64,000 bases of DNA from Cycas panzhihuaensis (taxonomy: Eukaryota > Plantae > Cycadophyta), in contig CM041465.1 of NCBI GenBank assembly GCA_023213395.1, positions 245,961,741-246,025,740 of the forward strand, written 5' to 3'. Of the stretch, positions 45,501 to 58,624 are shown one piece after another. Below the pieces are notes generated by a model. The model was not told the origin of the DNA. It saw only the letters and a list, made by a program, of their open reading frames with translations, and did not search any database. Made by a program: the position numbers and the translations under genes. Within the stretch, counting starts at the first letter, position 1. Each line of letters opens with the position of its first letter.

Positions 45501-48299
45501 ACAAGGTCTTTATACCTTCACAATAATTGTCATTACCAAAGATATTATTTTTGTAAAGACAAAGGATCAATTGCTTAGACTGGACTCTAAAATACCTTCA
45601 TACTACTATAATGATTCTACTAAGTATGATGTTTATATTCTAAAATTTAGGGGGGAGGAGACATACATAAATTACTCAAAATATTGGAAGCTAACAATAG
45701 AGCCCCAAAGGATATAAGCTATGACTTTGAGCTGATGAGTGTATATCCAGTACTATCTTTTGAGAATAATAGAGTTACCAAAGGTAAAGCTATTATAGAA
45801 GAATCATCCTCTCCACCTTTAGTTGACAAAGGAAAAATAGTAGTAGAAGGATCATCTTCCTCAGGCATGTTAACATCCTCTACGCCAAATGATCTTTTTA
45901 AGGAACAAGATGAGAACCAAGATGTTAAGGAAATGAGGACCTCATTCCCAACTCGAGGATCTCATGAAGCCCGCTATCTCAATAAAGATATATGACTAGA
46001 TGAGGTGGGAAAAATAAGTACTCAAAGTGCTTATAAAACTAAGATGAAAGAATCACTTTCCACTAAGCTATAACCAATAGAACTGTACCTTACTTCTAAT
46101 GAAGAGCCCCTCTCATACTAAAAAGTTGTAAAACATATAGTTTAGAAGAATGCTATAAATGAAGAGTATTAATCTATTATTAAGAATAGTACATGGGAGC
46201 TCGTCAATCTACCACTTGGTAGAAAGGTAGTTGGAAATAAATAGGGTTTAAAAATAAATACAGATCATATGACACCCTGGACAAACACAAGGTAAGGATG
46301 GTAGCTAAAGGATTCATACAAAAGGAAGGTATTAACTATACTAAAGTCTTTGCACCTATAAACAAGTAGCCCATAATCAAAACTCTTGTGGCCTTGGCTA
46401 CTTAATAGGGTTGGAAAATCCACTAACTTAATATTAAGACCACATTTCTTAATAGAGATCTTAAGGAAGAAATCTACATGGCTCAGCTAGAAGGATATAA
46501 GATATTAGATCAAGAGCATAAAGTTTATAGGCTTGAAAAGTCTTTATATAGCCTAAAACAAGCCCCTCGTGCTTAGTTCACTAAGTTGTCTAAAAGGATA
46601 AAGCAACTTAGATATGAGATTTATGACTATTAAGATATTGATGAAACACTATTCATCAAGCATTAAAAGGATAAAGTCACTTATCTCATAATCTTTATGA
46701 ATGATATATTATTAATAGGTAATAGTGAATAAGTAATAAGCTAGCTGAAAATGGACCTTGGCAAAATATTCAAATTGTCTAACCTCAAATTGAAGAAATA
46801 TTATTTAGGAATTAAAGTAACACAAAATAATAAAAAATTTTCCTCTCCCAAGTAGAATACATTAATGATCTTTTGACCAAGTTTCAGTTAGAAGATGCTT
46901 GACTAGTAACTATGCCTATGGAACCTAATATTAAACTCTCTATTGATGGTAACACTAGGGAGGTAGACACAATGCTCTATAGGCAAATTATAGGTAGTCT
47001 TATCTATACTACCAACACAAGGCTATATATTATATACTCTATTGGTATCCTTACATGTTTCATAATAAACTTGGAATAGAATCACTAGTAGGCTATAATT
47101 CAAGTGTTAAGATACCTAAAGATGACCAAAAAATTTAGTCTATTATATAAACCTAATAATGAGCTTAAATTTTCTACATATATAGACTTAGACTTTATAA
47201 GAGATAAAAATACAAGAAGATCCATGTCTGAGTATGTAATATTTCTTTGAACAACACCAATATCATGGAGATCTAGATGGCAAAAATTAGTTGTTGATTC
47301 AACTATTAAAGTTGAATACATTACTACTTTTAAGACCATCAAGGAGGTGATATAACTGAGGAAATTATTAGAAACATTGAATATCACCCAAATAATTTCT
47401 ACTGACCTTTATGTAGATAATCAATCAATAATCCATATGGCAAAAAATCTTGTATTTTATGATTACTAAACACATAAGTACAAAAGTCCACATAATTTGA
47501 GAACTAGTTCATGACGACATAATTTAACTGGAGTACTACCCCACAGTAGATCAAGTGGTTGATATCTTAACTAAACTACTACAAAAGGTAAAGTTTGAAT
47601 ACTTCCAAATGTAGCTCAGCCTTAGAGCCTCCATCTTTGATTGATCAAAACATATGACAACATGATCATCATACTCTATTCTATTTATGAAAACCCCTTA
47701 TGGGCATGGAAGAATAAGATCAAGTCTATGATCTATCTTATTTGCGAAAATCCCATGTAGGAACAGGAGGATAAGGGTTGTATTACTTTTAGAAAATTAG
47801 AACCTATAAAAACCTAAAAGGGCATGGGGGATGACCAAATGATATATGGAGACTTAGCATATTACAACTATAAAACTCATTGTATTGATTGACTATCTAG
47901 GTATATTTAAAGAGTTGCCTAAGCCAGAGTCATTATCTTAGATAAGTCTGTGGGTTTTCTTCCCCATGAGGGTTTCCCACATAAGTGTATAAGTAGATAT
48001 TTCAATGTAATAAGAGGCTCAAATGAAGACCTCATAGAATATATTAGTTTACCTCAAAATGACCTTCCATCATTAAGAGGGGGATTGAAAGAGGTTAATA
48101 TATCAAGGTTATTTATGTAGATTAATAAAGTAACCTTAAGATATAGTATTAGTGTTAGTCACTTAGTAAAATATACTTTATGTGTATTTGAATATAATTT
48201 TAGGTTTATGTCATTAGGTAGAAAAATCTTAACCCTAATGTACACCTTTAATAATAAAAGATGAAATCTCATAGAGGAAGTGAATTATTCATGCTTACC

Positions 48300-49549
48300 T
48301 CCAAGGTTTTCTCTTATTTCTTCTTCATTCTCCATTGCCATTATGTGTATATGAGTGACTTAATCCTTAAATCCATCATTTCTTCATCTGGGAGGTTGCT
48401 TGAAGAAAACTTCTTTAGTGATCTATCCATTCAAAAAGGTCTCTTCACATCCATCTGGTATATAAGCTAGTTGAATTGAGCTACGAGTGACATAACTAGA
48501 TGGAATATGGTCATATTAGTAATAGGTGTAAAGGTCTCTTCATAATCTATCCTCTCTTGTTATTTGAAACCTTTTGCAACCAAATAAGCTTTATGATGTT
48601 CAATAGTGCCATCGGTATGAAATTTGGTTTTATAAAGCCATCTATAATCAATTAGCTTCTTTCTAGATGGTAATTTAATTAGCTTCTATATGTCATTCTT
48701 CATGATTAAATTCATTTATTTGTCTATAATAGCTTTCCACATTTGGTCTGTGATTACCTCCTCAAATATGGAAGGCTCAAGAGTCTCAAGAACACATGCC
48801 ATTAAGGTATAGTTTGTTAAATACCTCATTCTAGACTCTCTCTTGGGAGTAGAAGGAGAATGAGGTTCATCCTTCATTACTTGTAGGTACCACTTAGGAG
48901 GTTTTTGGGTACTAGTAACCTCCACTTAAATATCATCTAATGATATAAGTGGCACTATAAAGGTGACATCTAAATTTAAAGTTAAATCTAGTAAAGCTAA
49001 AGATGGACTTAGTGTGTAGGATGTTGTTGGTGTAAGAGGCTCAATAATTGATGTAAGAGGCACTTATGGTATATCGATATTGTTATTTGAGACTAATAGA
49101 ATTTGAGATGGGTCCAAGTCTGGAGTGTCTTCAACAAAGGTAACATCTTGGGTTGAATATGTTTGATTTCCAATAGGGTCATATCCCTTATAAGCTTTAC
49201 ATCTAGGTATATAACCAATGAAAATGCACTTGAGGCTCTTGTCATCAAATGTCTTCTTATTTTCTTTGTGGATAAACTTAGAAGTAGTATTGTCAAATGT
49301 CCTTAAATATGAGATAATAGGCTTTTGGCTTGACCAAGCCTCCTCAAGTGTTATATCTCTTACTATTATGGTGGCACTTCTATTTGTTAAAAATACAATA
49401 GTTGATAGAGCTTCAACCTAAAAATGAGTAGTGAGATTTGTAACACTCAATATAGATTATGCTTTATTCACCAAAGTTTAATTTATTCTTCTTACTACAC
49501 CATTTTGTTGGGGTGTGCTATTAGTATAATGTTTATTATACTTAATCCG
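48300..49549 (-). mobile_element. Ty1/Copia pol fragment (integrase C-terminal part and RT N-terminal part)
   Basis: TPQQNGVVRRIN; FDDKSLKCIFIGY; LEPSIFEEVITDQMWKAI; IYQMDVK..FLNG. Confidence 0.8.
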
Positions 49550-52500
49550 TGTGCAAATAGACCTAAGGAACCAATGAGCCACCACCAGTCATCCTCAGGC
49601 TACCACCAACCATCCTCCAATTGATAAGGCATATTTGTGATTTAATTTATTCTTTTTTAATTTTTGAATTAATGGTTGGGTAGAGGCAAGCTCCTGCCTT
49701 CCTACAACTATGAATAATTTGGGTGTACCATCTAGGTGTTTTCTAGCACTTCTAACAATATTTTAGAATGTGCTACTTCAACTATGGGTTAATGAATATT
49801 GATCTACTCTATCCTCTATGCTCTTATTTGGTATTAGAGAAAGTTCTTATAAAGCACGACAAGTCTTGCATTTAATATTTATTCAATTTATAAGATTATT
49901 TTAATAATTTATATAGTATTTTGTTAAAATTTTTGAATATTTTCATTCATACGCTTTATTTTTTCAAAATCTTTCTAGTTTTTTATAGCCATTACTAGCA
50001 TGCACAACCCAATACACATTTGAAGTGTTTATACCTTCATTTTGTCAAGTTTTTATAAAGATTTAATCATTTTTTATCAGTTTTTTTGAGGTTCTTACTT
50101 CCTTCCTGAGCTTCATTGGGCTTGTTCTTTCTCTTCAGTGAATGAAACCACATCATATGACTGCTCATTGGAATCCTTGGTAAGCTAGCTTTACAACACA
50201 ACTAATAGATTGAGAAACCATTGCCTCTACGCAAAGATATCTCTCTTGGAATCTTAGTCACTCTATTTGGAAATTGCAACTCCACTGCTCCTCTTATCAT
50301 TTGCTTATTTTATCTTCAATTCTCATTAAATATCTTTCAGAGTAGGGGTGCAAGCCTACTAAGGGATAAACAAAGTTGTCTTCAATTATTTTTGGGCCCT
50401 CTCTAAGCTATACAACCTCCACATAACTGTGCGCCCACTTATGGCCTGTGTAGCTACATTCCTCCATTTCTCTTCATTTTAACTCATTCTTTAGAAATTA
50501 TGGGTTGTTTTGGGCCTGCACAAGTCCTTTGGTCATATCTATAGCCACCCTTGATCAATCTACAATATATTTTGTGCTCTCCACATCTTCAAAAATTGCC
50601 TGTTTAGTTGTGCGACCTCATTAAACATTTTTGCTTCATTCTCTGCATGTGTTAATCCATTCTTAGTGAAACTTCAGAGCTGCCTAGACATCAAGGAGAT
50701 CTACTCTCTCCTAAATTTTGACCTTGATCCATGAATCTAGAAAAAGGTTTAATCTTATCGAAGTTTGGTTTGTGTGCATATTGTTCTGTTTTATTTTTTA
50801 TGTTATATGACCATTTTTTAATATTTATTTTTTATATAGTCTTAAAGAAATTTAATTACATTATATATTAATTGGGGTCTGACCCTTTTAGCCCCCATTT
50901 TGGTCATACTAACTCTTCATATGACCTCGTTTTTAGTTTAAAAAGAGCTTTGATTCGAAATTTTATAAGTTTCTTTTAATTATTTTTGGTTTTTAAGTAA
51001 TTTAATCATATTTTATATGTTTTAAAGTCTGTTAGCCCCCTTTAGACCCTAGCGGTTGGTTATTTTGAACTCTACGTGACCAGGGGCCTCTTGTTTAAGG
51101 GGCTTAACCCTACTTAACTTGGTTTTATTGCCTTAAAGAGGTTCTATCATAAGTTTTATTATAAGTTTTGATCCAAGAGTTTATTTTTTGAACGACTAGA
51201 TCCGTTGAAAAAGTATTTTGATTGGCTATACATTGAACTTGGCTTTAATAAGATTTGAAGTTGATTTTATAGGGTTTTGAGGCTAGAGAAATTAGTGTTT
51301 CTAGTTGATCCTAGTTTAGCTCATTTTCATCTATTTTAAATTATTTTTTCATTCTAACTTGGCATACTTACATAATATTGAGCTTCTAATCTACTGTTGA
51401 TAAATTTTTATCCACTTTTAGAAGCCCACAATTAAATTTTGTAGCCTTTTAGTCATAATTTGGCCTCCTAGAAAAGGAGGTTTTTGGAAATAATTGCTTT
51501 AAACTAGTGCTCTCTAATTTTTTATACCTTTATTCTAAAGTTGCTACTTTATTTATTAGCTCATTAACTTAAATTTAGAGCTCATTTAAAGTATATCTTT
51601 TCATTATTTAAGGTTATCTTATTTCTTTAAAGCATTCTCTTAAAAGTACATTTAAGGTCAAACAAAATAGCATATTCCATGGTTATATTCAAAGCATACT
51701 TTACATTTTGTTATAGATTGAAAAGGGCTCATATAAAAGTATATTTATTACTCATTTATTCTTAGCTTATCCATCTATGTAGTGAAATGAATAGTAGGCT
51801 TATTTTACTCCAATTTAGCTCTTTATTAAGGTTATCTTTAAAACATAAATCAAGGTTAATTTAAAGGTGCATTTAGATTACATCTTTTGCATCATATTAT
51901 TCAAAAGTATTTCATAGTATCAAGGTACATTTATAATCATTGTGAAAGCTTATTTACTTCATTTTTATATTTTATTCAAAAGGAGTATTCGTTGATTTAA
52001 ATTTAAAAGGATATATCTTTCTTTTATTGCTAAATTATTCTTTTAGTTATTGATTTAAAAGGAACCCTACCTTGCTAAGTAAGGCCACACACAGACACAT
52101 ATATTTCATAGTAAATAAGATAATTACCCAAAAGAACCTCCTTCTTTTCTAGCATTGCAAGAGGAATAGTTAGGACCCCTAAAGTTACCACCACGCATAT
52201 GCTCTTAGCCTACTCATATTAGATGAGGAATGTCATTGGCTATTAGGTGTATTAGGTGGTAGGCTAAGGTGAGAAACCTTTCTTATTTTGGAGTTAAGAG
52301 ATTAAGGCTAGACTTGAAGAGGGTGAGTGCCTTGGTTAATAAATTTATCATTGCTAGATCTGTTACTAAGCATAAGACTAGCGCAGGTGGATAAATAAGT
52401 CAGAGGGGGTCTAGTACCTTCTTTGTAGTATATGTACTAAGGTATATCAAACCTAGCACTTATGTACTGATATATTGGGTTCCTAATTTACCACTTATAA

Positions 52501-54185
52501 GAAGACACTATTAGATAGAATAGTAATCGAAGGCTTCCCTTGGAGACCCATAAACTTAGAGCCTAGAAACCTTCTTAGGGACTAAGACATTTTTCAAAAC
52601 TTTATTTAGGAAATTTATAACTTTGGGAGACACTTGACAATAATTTATTTAAAATATAATGGTAGCTAGTTTTGGAAATATTATAATCCCTAAATTTGAT
52701 GGATATAACTTCTTAAATTAGAGTAGGAGGATGAAACCCATCCTTATTATTAAGGATATGTGGGATATTGTGAAGATATGATACACTAAACCAAGTCAAA
52801 ATATAACCGATATAGAAAAATTAACATTCAATGATAGTGTAAAGAAAGATAATGATACCCTTACTTTGAATTTTTGTACCCTAGAGAATCACATATTTCC
52901 TAGGGTGAGTGAGGCAACCAAATCTAAGGAGGCTTCGGGTGCTTTACAACTTATTTATAAAGGGGTAGCCTCATCTAAGCTATAAACCTTGAGAAGCAGA
53001 TTTAAGAATTTGACAATGATGCTTAATAACTTTGTTACTAAATTCATAACTAAGGTTCAAGACCTTGTAAATAAGATGAGATCTCTTGGTGAAACCTTAA
53101 TTAAACAAAGGGTTTTTGAGAGAATTTTAAGATGTGTTAGTGAAGTAAAAAGATTCATAATGGTAGCAATTAGTATAAAAGTTTCAAAGGATCTAAGTAC
53201 CCTAAAAATTGAATAATTAAGTGTCATGTTAATAGCAGTTAAGGAGAAAAAAAGCACAAGTAAATCATTAGAGCATGCATTTACAACCAAAGCTAGGATC
53301 AAGTCAAACTCATAAGCTAAAAGTTAAAAATCTAAGGATCAATCTCCAAAGGGGAGAGAAAGACACTTTAAACAAGATGTACATAAAAAATGACAAACTA
53401 AATATCAAGCTCTATACTAAGGAATCAAGGAGAAAACTAAAGAAATCTTAGTTATACCAGATATCAAAGTCAAGAGAGGCACTAAGAGGTAAACCAATAT
53501 TGCCATAATTGTCAAGTCCATATGAACTCTCAAAGGTTAAACTTCAATTATCCTAACAATAAATAAAGGGATAAGCAAACTCCATATTTAGAGAGAGGAA
53601 GAATATCCACTATTAATAGAACCAATCCTTGAAGCAAGAGTCTTAGCTATGGAACAAGGGATTAAATTTACTATTTATTCTACAACAAAGTTGGTCATAT
53701 GGATGATAGGTGTTCTACTAAGAATGGACCTCTTATAAGGAGAAGTGCTAATAAAATTATTGAAATAAGGGAGAATGATTGACTATTACTATCCTATTTT
53801 GTTGCACATAAGAAAGAAGAATATTGTTAGTACATTAATTCCAACAGCTTTACTTACATGACCCACAAATAAGAGTTGTTTCAAACCATTGATAGAACTA
53901 GAGAGGGGTCCATTATGTTTGGAGATGACACCTCACATGAATCTATTGGAAGGGGTAATGTCATCCTACTAACAGAATTATGAGAATACCAACATCTTAG
54001 CAATGTGCTCTATGTCCCAACTTTGAAGAAAAATCTTTTATCAATAAGATAGATGATGGATCAAGACTATAAAGTTATATTTAGAAATGGTGAATGTACT
54101 ATTAAGGATAAGAGAAAGAATAAAGCGATGGTTGCTAAAGGAAAAATGACTAAGGATAGACTCTTTAAGCTAGTTTTCTCATAGA
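49550..54185 (+). mobile_element. Ty1/Copia 5' part: LTR ~49550-49826, PBS 49829-49839, 2.8 kb leader, gag from 52659, protease; cut by a Gypsy insertion
   Basis: PBS TGGTATTAGAG. Gag reads MVASFGNIIIPKFDGYNFLN*SRRMK and includes the UBN2-type ORF 52989-53216. Knuckle FYNKVGHMDDRC; NVLYVPTLKKNLLSI. Confidence 0.82.
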
Positions 54186-57100
54186 TATCCTCGCATAGGT
54201 ACTCCTTAAGATAGAAAAATAATAACAATTACAACCACATTATTCTGACCAATAGGGCAAGCAAATTATCAAAAAATCTCACAAGAACACAAGAGCACCA
54301 ATTGATCACTAAAATAAAGAGTATTTTTAGCATAATCTTTATAAAAGTAACACTAAGCTAACTAGATTTTATAATCTATGACCTTTATATAGACAAAAGA
54401 GGAATTTTCGCATGCAATCCTATTGGTGGTCCAAGCAGCCTTACATTCTATTAGACAACATAGCGGCCTTACATACTATTGGCCAACTTATTAGCTTATA
54501 CACCAAGTTCCATAACTAACCTTATCTCTTAACCTCTCCGTAGCTCTTTGCATAATAGTGCTTTATATAACTTAATGAGATGAGTTATATAATAGGTCCC
54601 TTCCCTTAAGATGTTGAGTCCTCGAGGCAATTGAGATGTGGGTGCTTCTTGATAAAATCATCAGATTCCCAAGTTACTTCATCGAAGTTACATCCTGGTC
54701 GTTGTATTAAATATTTTGAAATGGACCAATTCTAGAGATGGAATTATGTGCTAGTTAGTATACGTTTTGGAGGTACAATCAGGGGTTACTCTTCATCCAA
54801 AATTAGTAGGGTTATCTAAGGGACATGGGTTTTTCTTAGACACTTTTAGAGATAAGAATGTGAAAAACATTATGGATGTTAGTAGTGGGAGGAAGGTCGA
54901 GAGCATATGCAACTTTACCAATATATTTAAGGACTTTATAGGGTCCATAATATTGAGGCCTAAGTTTGTGGTTCTTATGATGGTAAAGGGATTGCTACTT
55001 ATAGGGTTGCAAATGAAGGAATACAAGATCACCAATATTGAAGGAGCAGTCAGAATGGTGGTAGTCTAATAATTATTTCATTTGATTATAGGCCATAGAT
55101 AGGTTTTGTTTAAGGGTGTGGAGAATTTGATCCATGTGCTATAATTTTTGTTGTATTACTGCTATGTAGAGATTGGTAGCTAAAGTGTGGTGGAATGGTA
55201 GGGGATATCCATAGAGAGCCAAAAATAGGGACATTCCAATGGCTGAATGATATGAGGAGTTATACTAATACTTAATTAGGGCTAGCCATAATATCTATTT
55301 AGACTAGTGGTTAGATGCAAAGTAGTGTAAGTAGGTCTCTAGAGTTTTATTAAGGACCTTAGATTAGCCATTAGTCTATGGATGGTATGTTGATCTCATA
55401 TTAAATGATATTCTCGAGGCATGAAATAACTCCTACCGGAAGGAACTAGCAAATTTAGGATCTTGATCATATACGATAGTGGATGGAAAATTATACAAGC
55501 AAAATATTATCTAGAGGTAAATGTCAATGATACATGGAGCCTTATAGGTTATGTAGATAGGTAATAAGTAGGTATATTTTATCAACCTATCTATAACTAC
55601 TAAAATAGGGTCAGATCCGACAGATAATAGTAAGCCTATGATAAAGTCCATGGCAATATCTTCCCATTTACCTTGTGGGATGTCCAAAAGTTGAAGCAGA
55701 CTTGGTTGGGGTTTTGTATCAACTTTATTACATTGGTATGTGTCATATTCAGAGATAAAGGTAAGGATGGTGGATTTCATTTCTAGCCAAAAGAAGTCAG
55801 ATTGTATCTTATGATAAGTTTCATCGAAACTAGAATGGCCACCAAGAGGGGAAGAATGATATTCTGATAAAATTTGGGTAATGAAAGCTAAGTGGTGATG
55901 TATGAATATGCAATTTTGATATAAGAGAAGATTGTTATGGATGCACCAATCCTTATGAGTATAGAACTTATCAACCTAGTGTGAGAAATCTAGTTGGGAT
56001 TAGCTAGCCATGGCTAAGTCTTGTATCCATGTCAGTTATGGGAAAGAAATGGCATGAATGATGGGGTCCTTAGTGTGATAGGTATTATCATTAAGTGTAG
56101 GGGAATGTAGCCTCGAGAGTGCATGTACCACAATGTTATCTTTTTCTTTTTGATATATTATTATAAAGTCAAAAACTTAAAGGTAATCGACCCATTTAAC
56201 CTACTCTTATAAGAGGATTGGTTGATTTAGTAAGTGATGAAGGCTATGATGATCGGTGAGGATAGTAAATTTAGAAATAAGTAGATACTGTCGCCATTTA
56301 TCGATAGCATGAAGGATGGCCCATATTTCTTTTTAATAGGCAGATAGTCTACCCTTATTATCTTTGAGTTTTTGACTTTCAAAAGTGATGGGGTGGAAGT
56401 CTTACATTAAGACTGCACCCAATCCAAACCCAAAGGCATCGTATTCTAATTGGAATGGCTAAGTAATATTAGGTGAGGCCAAAATTGGGGTGGTTTTTAT
56501 AACCTCCTTTGGATGGAAGAAGGCCTCATTAGCTGAGGGAGACCATTGAAAGGAATCCTTCATAAGTAAGTGGGTTAAAGGGGTGGTTAGTGTGGCATAA
56601 TTTCAAATGAACTAACGATAAAATCTGGTAAGTCCTAGGAAAGCCCCCAATTGGGCAAAGGTTTTTGGGATTGACCAATTGATGATGACAAAAATTTTAT
56701 CGAGATCCACCCAAACCCCTGTAAAGTATATAATATAACTAAGGTATTATAGTTTATATTTCCCAAACTCACATTTGGAGAGTTTAGCATATAATTTATT
56801 CTCAGATAGGATTTGAAGGACTATTTCTAGATGCAGGATGTGAGCAGGCATGTTTGAGCTATAAATAAGAATGTTATTGAAGAAGATGATGATAAATTTT
56901 CATAGGTATGGAGAAAATATCTTGTTCATGAGGGCCTAGAAGGTAGCTAAAGCATTACATAGGCCAAAGCACATGACCTAAAACTCAAAGTAGCCATGGT
57001 AGATTTAGGAAGTTATTTTATATTGATCCTTCGGTAAGATGGGGATTTGGTAATATCCTAACTATAAATTAAGTTTGATATAAATTATGGAACCATGGAT

Positions 57101-58624
57101 CTAATCTAATATATCATTGATTTGTGGTATAGAGAACTTATCTTTTTTAGTGATTTTGTTGAGCGTATGATAATCAATGTAAAGTTATAAAGAGCCATCC
57201 TTTTTGTGAACTAGAATGATGGGTGCAACATACATGCTTTTACTAGGTTGAATGATGCCTATGTCCATCAATTCCCTAGTGATTTTTTCAATTTCATTTT
57301 TTTAGAAATAAGAGTTCCTATATGGTCAAAGACTAATTGGGTCATGTAAATTTTGTAACTCAATAGTGTAATAATAACCTCAATCAAGCAGGAGATTGGC
57401 AGGTAATAGAGCAAATATAGATTGATATCGATTTAATACTTGCTAGATGTCAGGGTGAATACCAGAAGGGGCCTAGATATAGTTGAGATGAACGATGTAT
57501 ACTATATTACCATTAAGTTGTCGACACATTTAAGTGGGTGAGATTACTTTATTATGGGGGCTTGCATCCCATAAAGTTTATGTAAGTGGCCCATGTGATC
57601 TTTGAAAATAATAAATGGAACTGTAGGTGAGTTGTTGGTGCTATAAGTTCCTAGAGTCTAGAGCCGCTGCATGCAGAGAATTGTATCTGACCCACCTATG
57701 GATAAGGCATAAAAATTAGAGCTAAGGGTATATGAGCTAATGTAAACTGTGATGTTTTGATTGTTCCTATATAGTGAAGGGTGTGATGACTAGCTAAAGA
57801 GAAGGTAAAGCCCGTCTTAGGTTCTATATAAAGATTCCACTATCAGGCAATGGATATATTGATAAAATTTAGTGTTGCACCATCATTGATCAAAATGGTA
57901 ATTAGGGTTTTGCAAAGTATTCATTTGACTCAGAGTGGTTTAAGACATGAGGTAGAGATAATGACCGATAAGGAAACTTCAAGTTTAAGATCAGGAGGTG
58001 ACTCATAAATAGAGTGGTCTTGGGATTCATTATCATATTCATACTCAGTCTCAGGGTCATCTTCTAAAGATAAGTCAAGATCAATTGTAAAGACCATCTT
58101 CTTAGTTTTGTAGATTCTACCATGACTAGAGGTCCATTTTTCGAAATATTACATACATAGATCAACTTTTCAATGATGTTGTACCTCTGTTGAAGTGATG
58201 TGAATGGATTTTAAGGATGGTTCCTCAATGTACTACTTGAGATATATAGATGACATATCTTCGAGTTGTGGGTGTAATCATTGGTAGTTAGTTAGACGTG
58301 GTCTTTGGGGCTAGGCAGTATCTCATTAATAATCAACTTATCAAGATCATGGAAACCAAGTGGAGTCTCATCTAAATAGAGGAGACCTTTCTAAGGTAAA
58401 TTCTACTTCTATTATTTTAGCCATATTGATTATATTTTTTAGAGTGGATATGGATACCATCTTTAGGTGCATATAAATGCATTTTTTGAGCCTAAACATA
58501 TACGTATCTATTTGTCTATTTATGAAGTTACTAATCAACTTGATTACGTAGAGATTGGAACTCAACAGTATACACTTCGACAGACGATACTTGTTTTAAC
58601 CATGTTAGTTGTGTGAAAAAGGAG
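54186..58624 (-). mobile_element. Chromovirus-type Ty3/Gypsy: gag C-terminal part, PR, RT, RNase H, IN, chromodomain (~54610-54765), PPT 54596-54609, 3' LTR ~54186-54594
   Basis: Gag FTQLTWLKQVSSVEVYTVEFQSL; PR ILINDGATLNFI; RT IIFFNNILIY; IN IPQGKWEDIAMDFIIGL..ILVVIDRLIKY; chromodomain YLIQ..EVTWESDDFIKKHPHL..LED. Confidence 0.88.

Larger units (their letters stand above)
41924..48260 (+). mobile_element. Near full-length decayed Ty1/Copia: putative 5' LTR ~41924-42835, gag from ~43119, PR, IN, RT, RNase H to ~47625, PPT 48072-48085, start of 3' LTR
   Basis: Zinc knuckle CEWYNNKAHFAKDC (~44011). WHACMGHV (~44768). Integrase DLCKPMPIPSLKGKSCYISFINDF (ORF 44942). RT KNSTWELVNLP and LYSLKQAPRA*. 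RNase H YVDNQSIIHMAKN. PPT TTAAGAGGGGGA. The two LTR candidates do not match well by eye. Confidence 0.8.
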
